In this document: positions 24,929 through 36,650 of the stretch, piece after piece
How the letters are laid out: each line of letters opens with the position of its first letter
How positions within the stretch are numbered: position 1 is the stretch's first letter
Source: Haliotis rubra
Taxonomy: Eukaryota
Assembly (NCBI RefSeq): GCF_003918875.1
Contig: NW_025766248.1
Span: 1-64,000, forward strand
Reading direction: 5' to 3'
DNA: 64,000 nt
The notes under the pieces: model-generated
The model's database searches: none
What the model was told of the DNA's origin: nothing
The model's input: the letters and a program-made list of their open reading frames with translations, nothing else
Made by a program: the position numbers and the translations under genes

Positions 24929-27211
24929 ACTTTCATTTCATTTCAGTTGTATATGTTGTAAAACTTTATTTTCTACTGTGAATACACATTGATGAAGGTG
25001 TACACATTTTGTCTGTTTTCATTACTCTGTGCCTTCCTTGGATCTGACAAAGTGGGGTCTGAAGTCGGGTGAAGCAGGTGGGGCTGTTTCTCAGGGAGAC
25101 TGATATTGAGAGTAGCACAGAAAAGCGGCCGTAAAATGCGCGTGGCCGTAGTGGGGTCTGAAGTGGGGTCAAGCAGGTCGGGCGGGTTCATGTACCTTTG
25201 AAGTAGTCCCATTCGACTGTGAAAGTGGGGACTCGGGCTGTGGCGGGTAGATGAGATTCCACGTGCGTCACCCCCGAATGTAGGGAGGGTCAGACACAGC
25301 AGTTCAGTGGAACAATAATGGGACATGGCTTCCTCGATCAAGGGACTATTTCAGTTGTGGACACTACCAGGCCCGTCGAATCCCTACGCGCGTCGCTGTT
25401 CATGATCTTTCATTGGAAAAAGTACAGATGGGTACTGGCAAATAAGGCTGTATGAATCGAATATACAAACAGAACATGCAAGTCACTCAAATTTTCTACC
25501 AATCCATTGCACATACCAGGGAGTGTAATTTACTCTATCGTACTTACACAGGGCTGGCCTCTAATCGCAAGGGAAATCGGAAAATCAAAAGGTGAGCCTC
25601 TAGATACAGGCGTAAGAACAAATATACATGGTTTGATGATATACACAGTTTGCTAAAACCACGAAGTTAAACTTGGGCCGCTTCACTCCCACGCACAACA
25701 CCCAAGCTATCTATGTACACCATACATTTTTCCTGAGGAAACACTAAAGGAGGGTAGTATAGGTATCGAGCTCCCTAATTATAAGCCGGACTAAGTGGGA
25801 ACTGAATATTGCTATAGAATTATAAAATCATCCCAAATAATCCCCGAACATTCAGGGCTGCTCAACAATCGGAAACAACACAGACTTCTGACTTTGAGTC
25901 TGCTGGCAGAATGGATGTTTAGTTTTCATCTTCATTTTCCCTCACACTAGAAGATGTAGCCTTTTCAGTGGCACATGGCGGGATGGCACTGACAAATTCT
26001 CGCCACATGCATTAAGGGTCACATACTACCACGTATAAAATGTCATAGCTAAATTGACAACCATTAAGAATTGCGACTTTCCTTATCTTTCGTCTCATTG
26101 CTCGCAGAAACGATATTGTTTTATGTTACTAATTTTGTCGTATACTTGAGGATATAATCTCTATAATGATATATGGCACCACATCATCCATGTAATAGTG
26201 TAGGCGTGATAAATACCTGAAAGTATGAGGTCCATTTACTAAAGTCGGTAAACCTAAAGAATTGCGACTTTTGGTATCTATGGTCTCATTGCTCTCAGAA
26301 ACGATATTTTTCTGTGATTGTAATTTTGTCATATACTTGAGGATATGTGCTTTTTAAGGATATATGGAACGATATCATCGACAAAATGGTACATGAGCAA
26401 TCAATTTCTGAACTTGTTCTTCCCGGATACTTGCACGCTTAAAGTTGGACTGAAAGTCGGCAAAACTTGCGAATTGCGACTTTTAGTATCTCTCGTCTCC
26501 CTCCTCGCAGACAAGATATTTATCTATGATTGGGATTTTGTCGTATACTTGAGGATATAATCCCTTCAATGATATGCGGCACGATATCATCCATAAAATA
26601 GTGTAGGCGTAATAAATATCTGAATTTATGAGGTCCATATACTCAAGTCTGTAAGACTAAAGTATTGCGACTTTCGGTATCGTTTGCCTTCCTCCTGGCA
26701 GACCAGATATCAATCTATAATTGTAATCTTGTCATATACTTGAGGATATCATCTTTCTAATGATATATGACACGATATCATCGACAAAATGGTACAGGAA
26801 TAACCAGTTCCTGGACTTATGAGCTCCATATACTTGCACACATCAATTTGGACTAAAATCGGCAACCGTCAAAGACCAACACACTCAGCATCTCATGCGG
26901 GCCACGCTTCTCGGTGACGGGATATCTGTCTATGTTCCTGTATTCCCCGCATATTTCCAGACTGCCATGTTAATGCATGTCGTACCCAGCCTGCAATAAG
27001 CTGGGCCCCGTCTTGCATGTCGCTAGTTGGTGCGCCGCAAAGGGAGCCAGGAACCAGCTTAAGCCTGCAATGACGGACTTTACCGAGACGTGACGGAATC
27101 GTTTCTGTGACGTCACAATCGCAAGGCCGCCATTGCCTGAGTAGCAACCAGTTTCGCATCAGTTGACCGCATAAGCTCTGCCCAAATTGTCTTTTCTCTG
27201 CGTTTCCAAGT

Positions 27212-30200
27212 ATGAACGAGATCCATCTACCCGATTTTCATCATCTCCAGAACGACGGGGAACTGTAAGTAACTTTCTTTGGTTCCATTCTGCACGCAGT
27301 GTGACGGAATCTCCAAATTAAATGTAACGGACGTTCTCGTTGCTATGTCCGAGTTGGACGCCATTTTGTACATAACTTCAACAAGGTCTACCCAGATACA
27401 TAAAAGAATTTCAGCAATCAATCTGCCTTAAATGCCTCATCCCGTTCCCCTTTTCTAACTGTGTAAAAGTCTATTTAGAATTGTCGACAATATTGGCGAT
27501 GATATTCTTACATTTTCGCCCTAAAACAATATGCCAATTTCGTGCCAAATCGCGTAACAATAGCCCCTACTTTATCACAGGTCAGATGGAGTTCATGTTG
27601 TCTGTTTACAGCTTGAACCCTTCTCGTTTCTGGGTGGACATAATGAAGTCCCGGGTAGGCATCAGCAATTCATACGCCGAAAAGCTGCTCGACTGGTGTC
27701 AGGATTGTAGGACTAAGCTTGGCACTGTCAGTCAAGATGGTAAGCATGCGATTACTTATTCAGCTACTATTCAAAATAACGTTTTGACTGATGTTCCTGT
27801 TATGTTGCTTCGGGCACTCCTTTAGGTTTGTTTTGCTTAATTAGCAGCCCCACAAGTTCTCTTTATTCCGTTTTCAGCTTGTTCCGAGAGTTATGAGATT
27901 TGCCATCTTCTAGACTGCTACTTGATATCCTCCGAACAGGAGGCTAATCATATTCTCGCTGTGTCACGTGATATGACGACCCAGGGTGGACCCATCCATT
28001 CTCTAAAAAGGTAAGAGTAATGAACATTTGTTAGTGTCATTCGTGTGTGACTATATATCCACGTGTTGTTTTGACTGTGTGATTAAAAACATGGACAGAG
28101 TGGCATTCATATTAGTGGTTGATGTTTTCAGATTGGCCTCGACTAACAGGGGAGGCGTGTTGTCTGAGCACAAGGCCTTGAGCCGGGAACTTCTGTCCCT
28201 GACTGAGAGACACATGGTGTGCCTCAAACATCTTCAGGAGGTGAAGGAGGTGAGTTATTCTGGCGACTGCCCTTAGGATGAAACACTTGAATGTAGTTTG
28301 TTTTCTATTCTGAATACTACTGTACACACGCGTGTTTATTTCAAGTACAATATGACAAGGTGAATGTCTTCTCCATTTTGCAGAGCGGAATAATGGCCAT
28401 GGCTGCCTCTCGTAATTATGAAAGGAGAATAAGCGAGCTGAAGGCTGAGCTAGTGAAAGTGGGGGAAAGGTCCAAGACGTCTCAGCAAAGTATGCTGGAG
28501 AAGAAAGTCCGGACTCTGGAGTCCAAGCTGGTTAAACACAATCAGAAGGAGCAGACCCACAAAGCCCGTTATGAGTGCCTGTTGAAAGAGGAAAGCGAGC
28601 TTGTGAACAGGCTGAGAAAGGTGAGCATTAAAACAGGGGTGCTCACATCTGAGTTTCCAGCCATTCCTACTCATTCTTTGAAGGACTCCTTTCTTACAGA
28701 ACTGTTTATCTTAATCCCTTTGTAACCCCCTTTCTCTGTGTGAGTAAACGCTCCACTTACTGAAACCTATACATGCACATGCACATGCCATGTAAAGCAC
28801 CAACGTTCATTCACGTCTGTCTCTCAATCTTGTTTACGTCTGTTTTGTGCTTGTGTTTTTTCTGTCCTTCTCTTTGTTACTTTTTAGTTTGTTTGCTTTC
28901 CTTTCTCTATCTATTCCCTGTTCTGTTTGTCCCCCTCCCTCCCTCCACCCACCCAGACCTCTGACCATGCATGTCAAGAAGCATGTGACCTGCAGAAGAG
29001 TCAGTTGGAGTCCTTGATCTCCAGTCTCAGAGACTTTGTTGTCAAGACATGCTCGCCTGACAACGGTGACAGGTACAGCAATAGGGCTGGCTTATCTGTG
29101 TTACAGTGTATTGATCCAAAGTTTTGATGCTCTTTCCTTTTCTCCCTCTCTCTGTGTTTCTCTCAAGTGTTGAATAGTAATCAGGATCGGGTAGAAGAAA
29201 GCTATGATCATTGCATCAGTGTGTACCGGCTCCCTCACTTTTAATTGCATTTAGAGTTAATCTTCTAAATGACTGAGTCAGACTGACTTGTCTTTGCGTT
29301 GCTTTGATAGTTAACCTATGCTTTGTTTATATTAATGAAGGTATTGTGTGTTGCTTCAGGAGCAGCTTCCTGAAGGCGGCCATTGATGACATAGCTGTCG
29401 ATGACATCATCAATGCCACCTGTGATGTCACCTCACAGAAGTACATCTTCCCAGATGTTCAGGCCTGGCATGGGAAGTTTGGCTTCTTGGAGAAAATTCC
29501 AACCCCGTTCGTCCGAGCATCGGATGTGGCCCATTAGACGAGATCCAAAGAAAGGCCTGACTGAGGAGAACCTCCTGGCACAAGAAATCATGTCAGCCAT
29601 TGGCCAGCCCGTTCACAGTCGCAGACGCTGGATCTCTAAGTCTAGTACCAAGAATGGTGACAACGGTGACTTCAACAACAACGAATCTGTTACTGTCATC
29701 TCAAAAGGTAAATGGAGTCTTGCATTATACATGTATAAAACTCTGTCTGTGAGGACACTTCATATTGCTTTAAACTTTAAAATTTACGAAAGAGATTATA
29801 TGGTAAGATGCAGATGTTCAATCAATTTTTGTGTCTCTCCTCAGCTGCAGTGGAGGAGGACGTGAAGTATCTGGAAGACGTGTATGTGCGCGTTATCCGC
29901 CCCTTCAAGCCCACCCACCCTGAGCACCTCCAGCTGAATCTGGGTGAGTGTTCCCAAGGAGCAGTGTCTGTAACACTCAAGCATGGGATGTAGGAGCGGC
30001 CATTGTTGCGTCCATAGATGACCATGTAAGCATGCTACATGTACGAGGTTAGTCTGAGTGGTCCTTCTGTTGGGAGTGGAAGTGAAGCAAGTGATAACTA
30101 AAACTGTGCATGCTGCGCGTCTTTTTGTATATTTGTATGGTTCTCTTGGATTATGGTGTTACTTCTGTTTCTTGCAGGCATGCGTATCAAGCAAAAATTC

Positions 30201-30308
30201 CCCATGGACGTACGGGGCATGTCCTTTGGGTGGTGTCGGCGTGGGCTTGGGGGTCGGAAGAAGCGGCATGGATTTTATCCTGCAGATCACGTGATCTTGG
30301 AGAACTAG
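27212..30308 (+). pseudogene. PACSIN-like gene copy 5 (frameshifted as assembled)
   Basis: Extra C in exon 7 (gtggcccatt, ~29530). The ORF track shows the split into 29304..29537 and 29401..29865. Confidence 0.7.
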
Positions 30309-32590
30309 ACTTTCATTTCATTTCAGTTGTATATGTTGTAAAAACTTTATTTTCTACTGTGAATACACATTGATGAAGGTGTACACATTTTGTCTGTTTT
30401 CATTACTCTGTGCCTTCCTTGGATCTGACAAAGTGGGGTCTGAAGTCGGGTGAAGCAGGTGGGGCTGTTTCTCAGGGAGACTGATATTGAGAGTAGCACA
30501 GAAAAGCGGCCGTAAAATGCGCGTGGCCGTAGTGGGGTCTGAAGTGGGGTCAAGCAGGTCGGGCGGGTTCATGTACCTTTGAAGTAGTCCCATTCGACTG
30601 TGAAAGTGGGGACTCGGGCTGTGGCGGGTAGATGAGATTCCACGTGCGTCACCCCGAATGTAGGGAGGGTCAGACACAGCAGTTCAGTGGAACAATAATG
30701 GGACATGGCTTCCTCGATCAAGGGACTATTTCAGTTGTGGACACTACCAGGCCCGTCGAATCCCTACGCGCGTCGCTGTTCATGATCTTTCATTGGAAAA
30801 AGTACAGATGGGTACTGGCAAATAAGGCTGTATGAATCGAATATACAAACAGAACATGCAAGTCACTCAAATTTTCTACCAATCCATTGCACATACCAGG
30901 GAGTGTAATTTACTCTATCGTACTTACACAGGGCTGGCCTCTAATCGCAAGGGAAATCGGAAAATCAAAAGGTGAGCCTCTAGATACAGGCGTAAGAACA
31001 AATATACATGGTTTGATGATATACACAGTTTGCTAAAACCACGAAGTTAAACTTGGGCCGCTTCACTCCCACGCACAACACCCAAGCTATCTATGTACAC
31101 CATACATTTTTCCTGAGGAAACACTAAAGGAGGGTAGTATAGGTATCGAGCTCCCTAATTATAAGCCGGACTAAGTGGGAACTGAATATTGCTATAGAAT
31201 TATAAAATCATCCCAAATAATCCCCGAACATTCAGGGCTGCTCAACAATCGGAAACAACACAGACTTCTGACTTTGAGTCTGCTGGCAGAATGGATGTTT
31301 AGTTTTCATCTTCATTTTCCCTCACACTAGAAGATGTAGCCTTTTCAGTGGCACATGGCGGGATGGCACTGACAAATTCTCGCCACATGCATTAAGGGTC
31401 ACATACTACCACGTATAAAATGTCATAGCTAAATTGACAACCATTAAGAATTGCGACTTTCCTTATCTTTCGTCTCATTGCTCGCAGAAACGATATTGTT
31501 TTATGTTACTAATTTTGTCGTATACTTGAGGATATAATCTCTATAATGATATATGGCACCACATCATCCATGTAATAGTGTAGGCGTGATAAATACCTGA
31601 AAGTATGAGGTCCATTTACTAAAGTCGGTAAACCTAAAGAATTGCGACTTTTGGTATCTATGGTCTCATTGCTCTCAGAAACGATATTTTTCTGTGATTG
31701 TAATTTTGTCATATACTTGAGGATATGTGCTTTTTAATGATATATGGAACGATATCATCGACAAAATGGTACATGAGCAATCAATTTCTGAACTTGTTAT
31801 TCCCGGATACTTGCACGCTTAAAGTTGGACTGAAAGTCGGCAAAACTTGCGAATTGCGACTTTTAGTATCTCTCGTCTCCCTCCTCGCAGACAAGATATT
31901 TATCTATGATTGGGATTTTGTCGTATACTTGAGGATATAATCCCTTCAATGATATGCGGCACGATATCATCCATAAAATAGTGTAGGCGTAATAAATATC
32001 TGAATTTATGAGGTCCATATACTCAAGTCTGTAAGACTAAAGTATTGCGACTTTCGGTATCGTTTGCCTTCCTCCTGGCAGACCAGATATCAATCTATAA
32101 TTGTAATCTTGTCATATACTTGAGGATATCATCTTTCTAATGATATATGACACGATATCATCGACAAAATGGTACAGGAATAACCAGTTCCTGGACTTAT
32201 GAGCTCCATATACTTGCACACATCAATTTGGACTAAAATCGGCAACCGTCAAAGACCAACACACTCAGCATCTCATGCGGGCCACGCTTCTCGGTGACGG
32301 GATATCTGTCTATGTTCCTGTATTCCCCGCATATTTCCAGACTGCCATGTTAATGCATGTCGTGCCCAGCCTGCAATAAGCTGGGCCCCGTCTTGCATGT
32401 CGCTAGTTGGTGCGCGCAAAGGGAGCCAGGAACCAGCTTAAGCCTGCAATGACGGACTTTACCGAGACGTGACGGAATCGTTTCTGTGACGTCACAATCG
32501 CAAGGCCGCCATTGCCTGAGTAGCAACCAGTTTCGCAACAGTTGACCGCATAAGTTCTGCCCAAATTGTCTTTTCTCTGCGTTTCCAAGT

Positions 32591-35500
32591 ATGAACGAGA
32601 TCCATCTACCCGATTTTCATCATCTCCAGAACGACGGGGAACTGTAAGTAACTTTCTTTGGTTCCATTCTGCACGCAGTGTGACGGAATCTCCAAATTAA
32701 ATGTAACGGACGTTCTCGTTGCTATGTCCGAGTTGGACGCCATTTTGTACATAACTTCAACAAGGTCTACCCAGATACATCAAAGAATTTTAGCAATCAA
32801 TCTGCCTTAAATGCCTCATCCCGTTCCCCTTTTCTAACTGTGTAAAAAGTCTATTTAGAATTGTCGACAATATTGGCGATGATATTCTTACATTTTCGCC
32901 CTAAAACAATATGCCAATTTCGTGCCAAATCGCGTAACAATAGCCCCTACTTTATCACAGGTCAGATGGAGTTCATGTTGTCTGTTTACAGCTTGAACCC
33001 TTCTCGTTTCTGGGTGGACATAATGAAGTCCCGGGTAGGCATCAGCAATTCATACGCCGAAAAGCTGCTCGACTGGTGTCAGGATTGTAGGACTAAGCTT
33101 GGCACTGTCAGTCAAGATGGTAAGCATGCAATTACTTATTCAGCTACTATTCAAAATAACGTTTTGACTGATGTTCCTGTTATGTTGCTTCGGGCACTCC
33201 TTTAGGTTTGTTTTGCTTAATTAGCAACCCCACAAGTTCTCTTTATTCCGTTTTCAGCTTGTTCCGAGAGTTATGAGATTCGCCATCTTCTAGACTGCTA
33301 CTTGATATCCTCCGAACAGGAGGCTAATCATATTCTCGCTGTGTCACGTGATATGACGACCCAGGGTGGACCCATCCATTCTCTAAAAAGGTAAGAGTAA
33401 TGAACATTTGTTAGTGTCATTCGTGTGTGACTATATATCCACGTGTTGTTTTGACTGTGTGATTATTAAAAACATGGACAGAGTGGCATTCATATTAGTG
33501 GTTGATGTTTTCAGATTGGCCTCGACTAACAGGGGAGGCGTGTTGTCTGAGCACAAGGCCTTGAGCCGGGAACTTCTGTCCCTGACTGAGAGACACATGG
33601 TGTGCCTCAAACATCTTCAGGAGGTGAAGGAGGTGAGTTATTCTGGCGACTGCCCTTAGGATGAAACACTTGAATGTAGTTTGTTTTCTATTCTGAATAC
33701 TACTGTACACACGCGTGTTTATTTCAAGTACAATATGACAAGGTGAATGTCTTCTCCATTTTTGCAGAGCGGAATAATGGCCATGGCTGCCTCTCGTAAT
33801 TATGAAAGGAGAATAAGCGAGCTGAAGGCTGAGCTAGTGAAAGTGGGGGAAAGGTCCAAGACGTCTCAGCAAAGTATGCTGGAGAAGAAAGTCCGGACTC
33901 TGGAGTCCAAGCTGGTTAAACACAATCAGAAGGAGCAGACCCACAAAGCCCGTTATGAGTGCCTGTTGAAAGAGGAAAGCGAGCTTGTGAACAGGCTGAG
34001 AAAGGTGAGCATTAAAAACAGGGGTGCTCACATCTGAGTTTCCAGCCATTCCTACTCATTCTTTGAAGGACTCCTTTCTTACAGAACTGTTTATCTTAAT
34101 CCCTTTGTAACCCCCTTTCTCTGTGTGAGTAAACGCTCCACTTACTGAAACCTATACATGCACATGCCATGTAAAGCACCAACGTTCATTCACGTCTGTC
34201 TCTCAATCTTGTTTACGTCTGTTTTGTGCTTGTGTTTTTTCTGTCCTTCTCTTTGTTACTTTTTAGTTTGTTTGCTTTCCTTTCTCTATCTATTCCCTGT
34301 TCTGTTTGTCCCCCTCCCTCCCTCCACCCACCCAGACCTCTGACCATGCATGTCAAGAAGCATGTGACCTGCAGAAGAGTCAGTTGGAGTCCTTGATCTC
34401 CAGTCTCAGAGACTTTGTTGTCAAGACATGCTCGCCTGACAACGGTGACAGGTACAGCAATAGGGCTGGCTTATCTGTGTTACAGTGTATTGATCCAAAG
34501 TTTTGATGCTCTTTCCTTTTCTCCCCTCTCTGTGTTTCTCTCCAAGTGTTGAATAGTAATCAGGATCGGGTAGAAGAAAGCTATGATCATTGCATCAGTG
34601 TGTACCGGCTCCCTCACTTTTAATTGCATTTAGAGTTAATCTTCTAAATGACTGAGTCAGACTGACTTGTCTTTGCGTTGCTTTGATAGTTAACCTATGC
34701 TTTGTTTATATTAATGAAGGTATTGTGTGTTGCTTCAGGAGCAGCTTCCTGAAGGCGGCCATTGATGACATAGCTGTCGATGACATCATCAATGCCACCT
34801 GTGATGTCACCTCACAGAAGTACATCTTCCCAGATGTTCAGGCCTGGCATGGGAAGTTTGGCTTCTTGGAGAAAATTCCAACCCCGTTCGTCCGAGCATC
34901 GGATGTGGCCATTAGACGAGATCCAAAGAAAGGCCTGACTGAGGAGAACCTCCTGGCACAAGAAATCATGTCAGCCATTGGCCAGCCCGTTCACAGTCGC
35001 AGACGCTGGATCTCTAAGTCTAGTACCAAGAATGGTGACAACGGGACTTCAACAACAACGAATCTGTTACTGTCATCTCAAAAGGTAAATGGAGTCTTGC
35101 ATTATACATGTATAAAACTCTGTCTGTGAGGACACTTCATATTGCTTTAAACTTTAAAATTTACGAAAGAGATTATATGGTAAGATGCAGATGTTCAATC
35201 AATTTTTGTGTCTCTCCTCAGCTGCAGTGGAGGAGGACGTGAAGTATCTGGAAGACGTGTATGTGCGCGTTATCCGCCCCTTCAAGCCCACCCACCCTGA
35301 GCACCTCCAGCTGAATCTGGGTGAGTGTTCCCAAGGAGCAGTGTCTGTAACACTCATGCATGGGATGTAGGAGCGGCCATTGTTGCGTCCATAGATGACC
35401 ATGTAAGCATGCTACATGTACGAGGTTAGTCTGAGTGGTCCTTCTGTTGGGAGTGGAAGTGAAGCAAGTGATTACTAAAACTGTGCATGCTGCGTGTCTC

Positions 35501-35685
35501 TTTGTATATTTGTATGGTTCTCTTGGATTATGGTGTTACTTCTGTTTCTTGCAGGCATGCGTATCAAGCAAAAATTCCCCATGGACGTACGGGGCATGTC
35601 CTTTGGGTGGTGTCGGCGTGGGCTTGGGGGTCGGAAGAAGCGGCATGGATTTTATCCTGCAGATCACGTGATCTTGGAGAACTAG
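32591..35685 (+). pseudogene. PACSIN-like gene copy 6 (frameshifted as assembled)
   Basis: 1-bp deletion in exon 7 (aacgggac versus aacggtgac, ~35044). Also a TGC>CGC (C>R) change in exon 3. Confidence 0.7.
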
Positions 35686-36067
35686 ACTTTCATTTCATTT
35701 CAGTTGTATATGTTGTAAAAACTTTATTTTCTACTGTGAATACACATTGATGAAGGTGTACACATTTTGTCTGTTTTCATTACTCTGTGCCTTCCTTGGA
35801 TCTGACAAAGTGGGGTCTGAAGTCGGGTGAAGCAGGTGGGGCTGTTTCTCAGGGAGACCGATATTGAGAGTAGCACAGAAAAGCGGTCGTAAAATGCGCG
35901 TGACCGTAGTGGGGTCAAGCAGGTCGGGCGGGTTCATGTACCTTTGAAGTAGTCCCATTCGACTGCATGTGAAAGTGGGGACTCGGGCTGTGGCGGGTAG
36001 ATGAGATTCCACGTGCGTCACCCCCGAATGTAGGGAGGGTCAAACACAGCAGTTCAGTGGGTTAGTC

Positions 36068-36420
36068 CGAGGTTAGTCTGAGTGGTCCTTCTGTTGGGAG
36101 TGGAAGTGAAGCAAATGATTACTAAAACTGTGCATGCTGCGTGTCTCTTTGTATATTTGTATGGTTCTCTTGGATTATGGTGTTACTTCTGTTTCTTACA
36201 GGCATGCGTATCAAGCAAAATTCCCCATGGACGTACGGGGCATGTCCTTTTGGGTGGTGTCGGCGTGGGCTTGGGGGTCGGAAAGAGCGGCATGGATTTT
36301 ACCCTGCAGATCACGTGATCTTGGAGAAATGGACTTTCTTTTCGCTTCTTTACTTTATATATTGTGAATATATTTTGTCTGCTGACGCATAATGATAAAA
36401 GTGTAAACATTTTGTAGTTG
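36068..36420 (+). pseudogene. Extra, more diverged copy of the 3' part of intron 8, the SH3 exon and the 3'UTR at the right edge of the array
   Basis: cgaggttagtctgagtgg...ttcttacAG|GCATGCGT (exon starts at 36202), with compensating -1/+1 indels, a lost stop (GAGAAATGG) and a diverged 3'UTR. Confidence 0.85.
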
Positions 36421-36544
36421 ATCGTTTTGTACTTGCGAGCCACCACATGGCAGGCTGCTGAACCCGAGAGTATTATCTTCCTAGACACACACATTGTTTA
36501 ACATCTGTCTTGCATCCTGATTGTCCCTTGTCTAGATTATTATC

Positions 36545-36650
36545 GACCCTTAAAGATCGGGGTTCGAGTTGGACTTCAGCAGCATCTTCATGTCGAAAGA
36601 GGCGTCTATGGGACCAGGTTCGCTTACTTGGTTGATGCATGCCATCGTAT
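36545..36650 (+). mobile_element. SINE family B, degraded 5' fragment
   Basis: gaccc..aagatc.gggt...ttcagcagc...gtcgaaagaggcg...ttggttga resembles the head of 58026-58293. Confidence 0.55.

Larger units (their letters stand above)
3427..36060 (+). repeat. Gene-bearing tandem array (macrosatellite): ~5.38-kb unit, about 6 copies
   Basis: The anchor GATCTGACAAAGTGGGG recurs at 3511, 8890, 14275, 19655, 25041, 30422 and 35799 (periods 5377-5386). Units differ only by scattered SNPs and small indels, and the ORF track repeats accordingly. Confidence 0.99.

Noticed and set aside
3427-36060. rDNA, 5S, snRNA or histone repeat unit
   Set aside because: The unit size is suggestive, but no rRNA, U snRNA, SL RNA or histone sequence was recognised on either strand.
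3427-36060. Autonomous transposon or endogenous virus concatemer
   Set aside because: No RT, integrase, Rep/helicase, transposase or capsid ORF, and no LTRs or TIRs recognised. The only coding content is the spliced F-BAR/SH3 gene.
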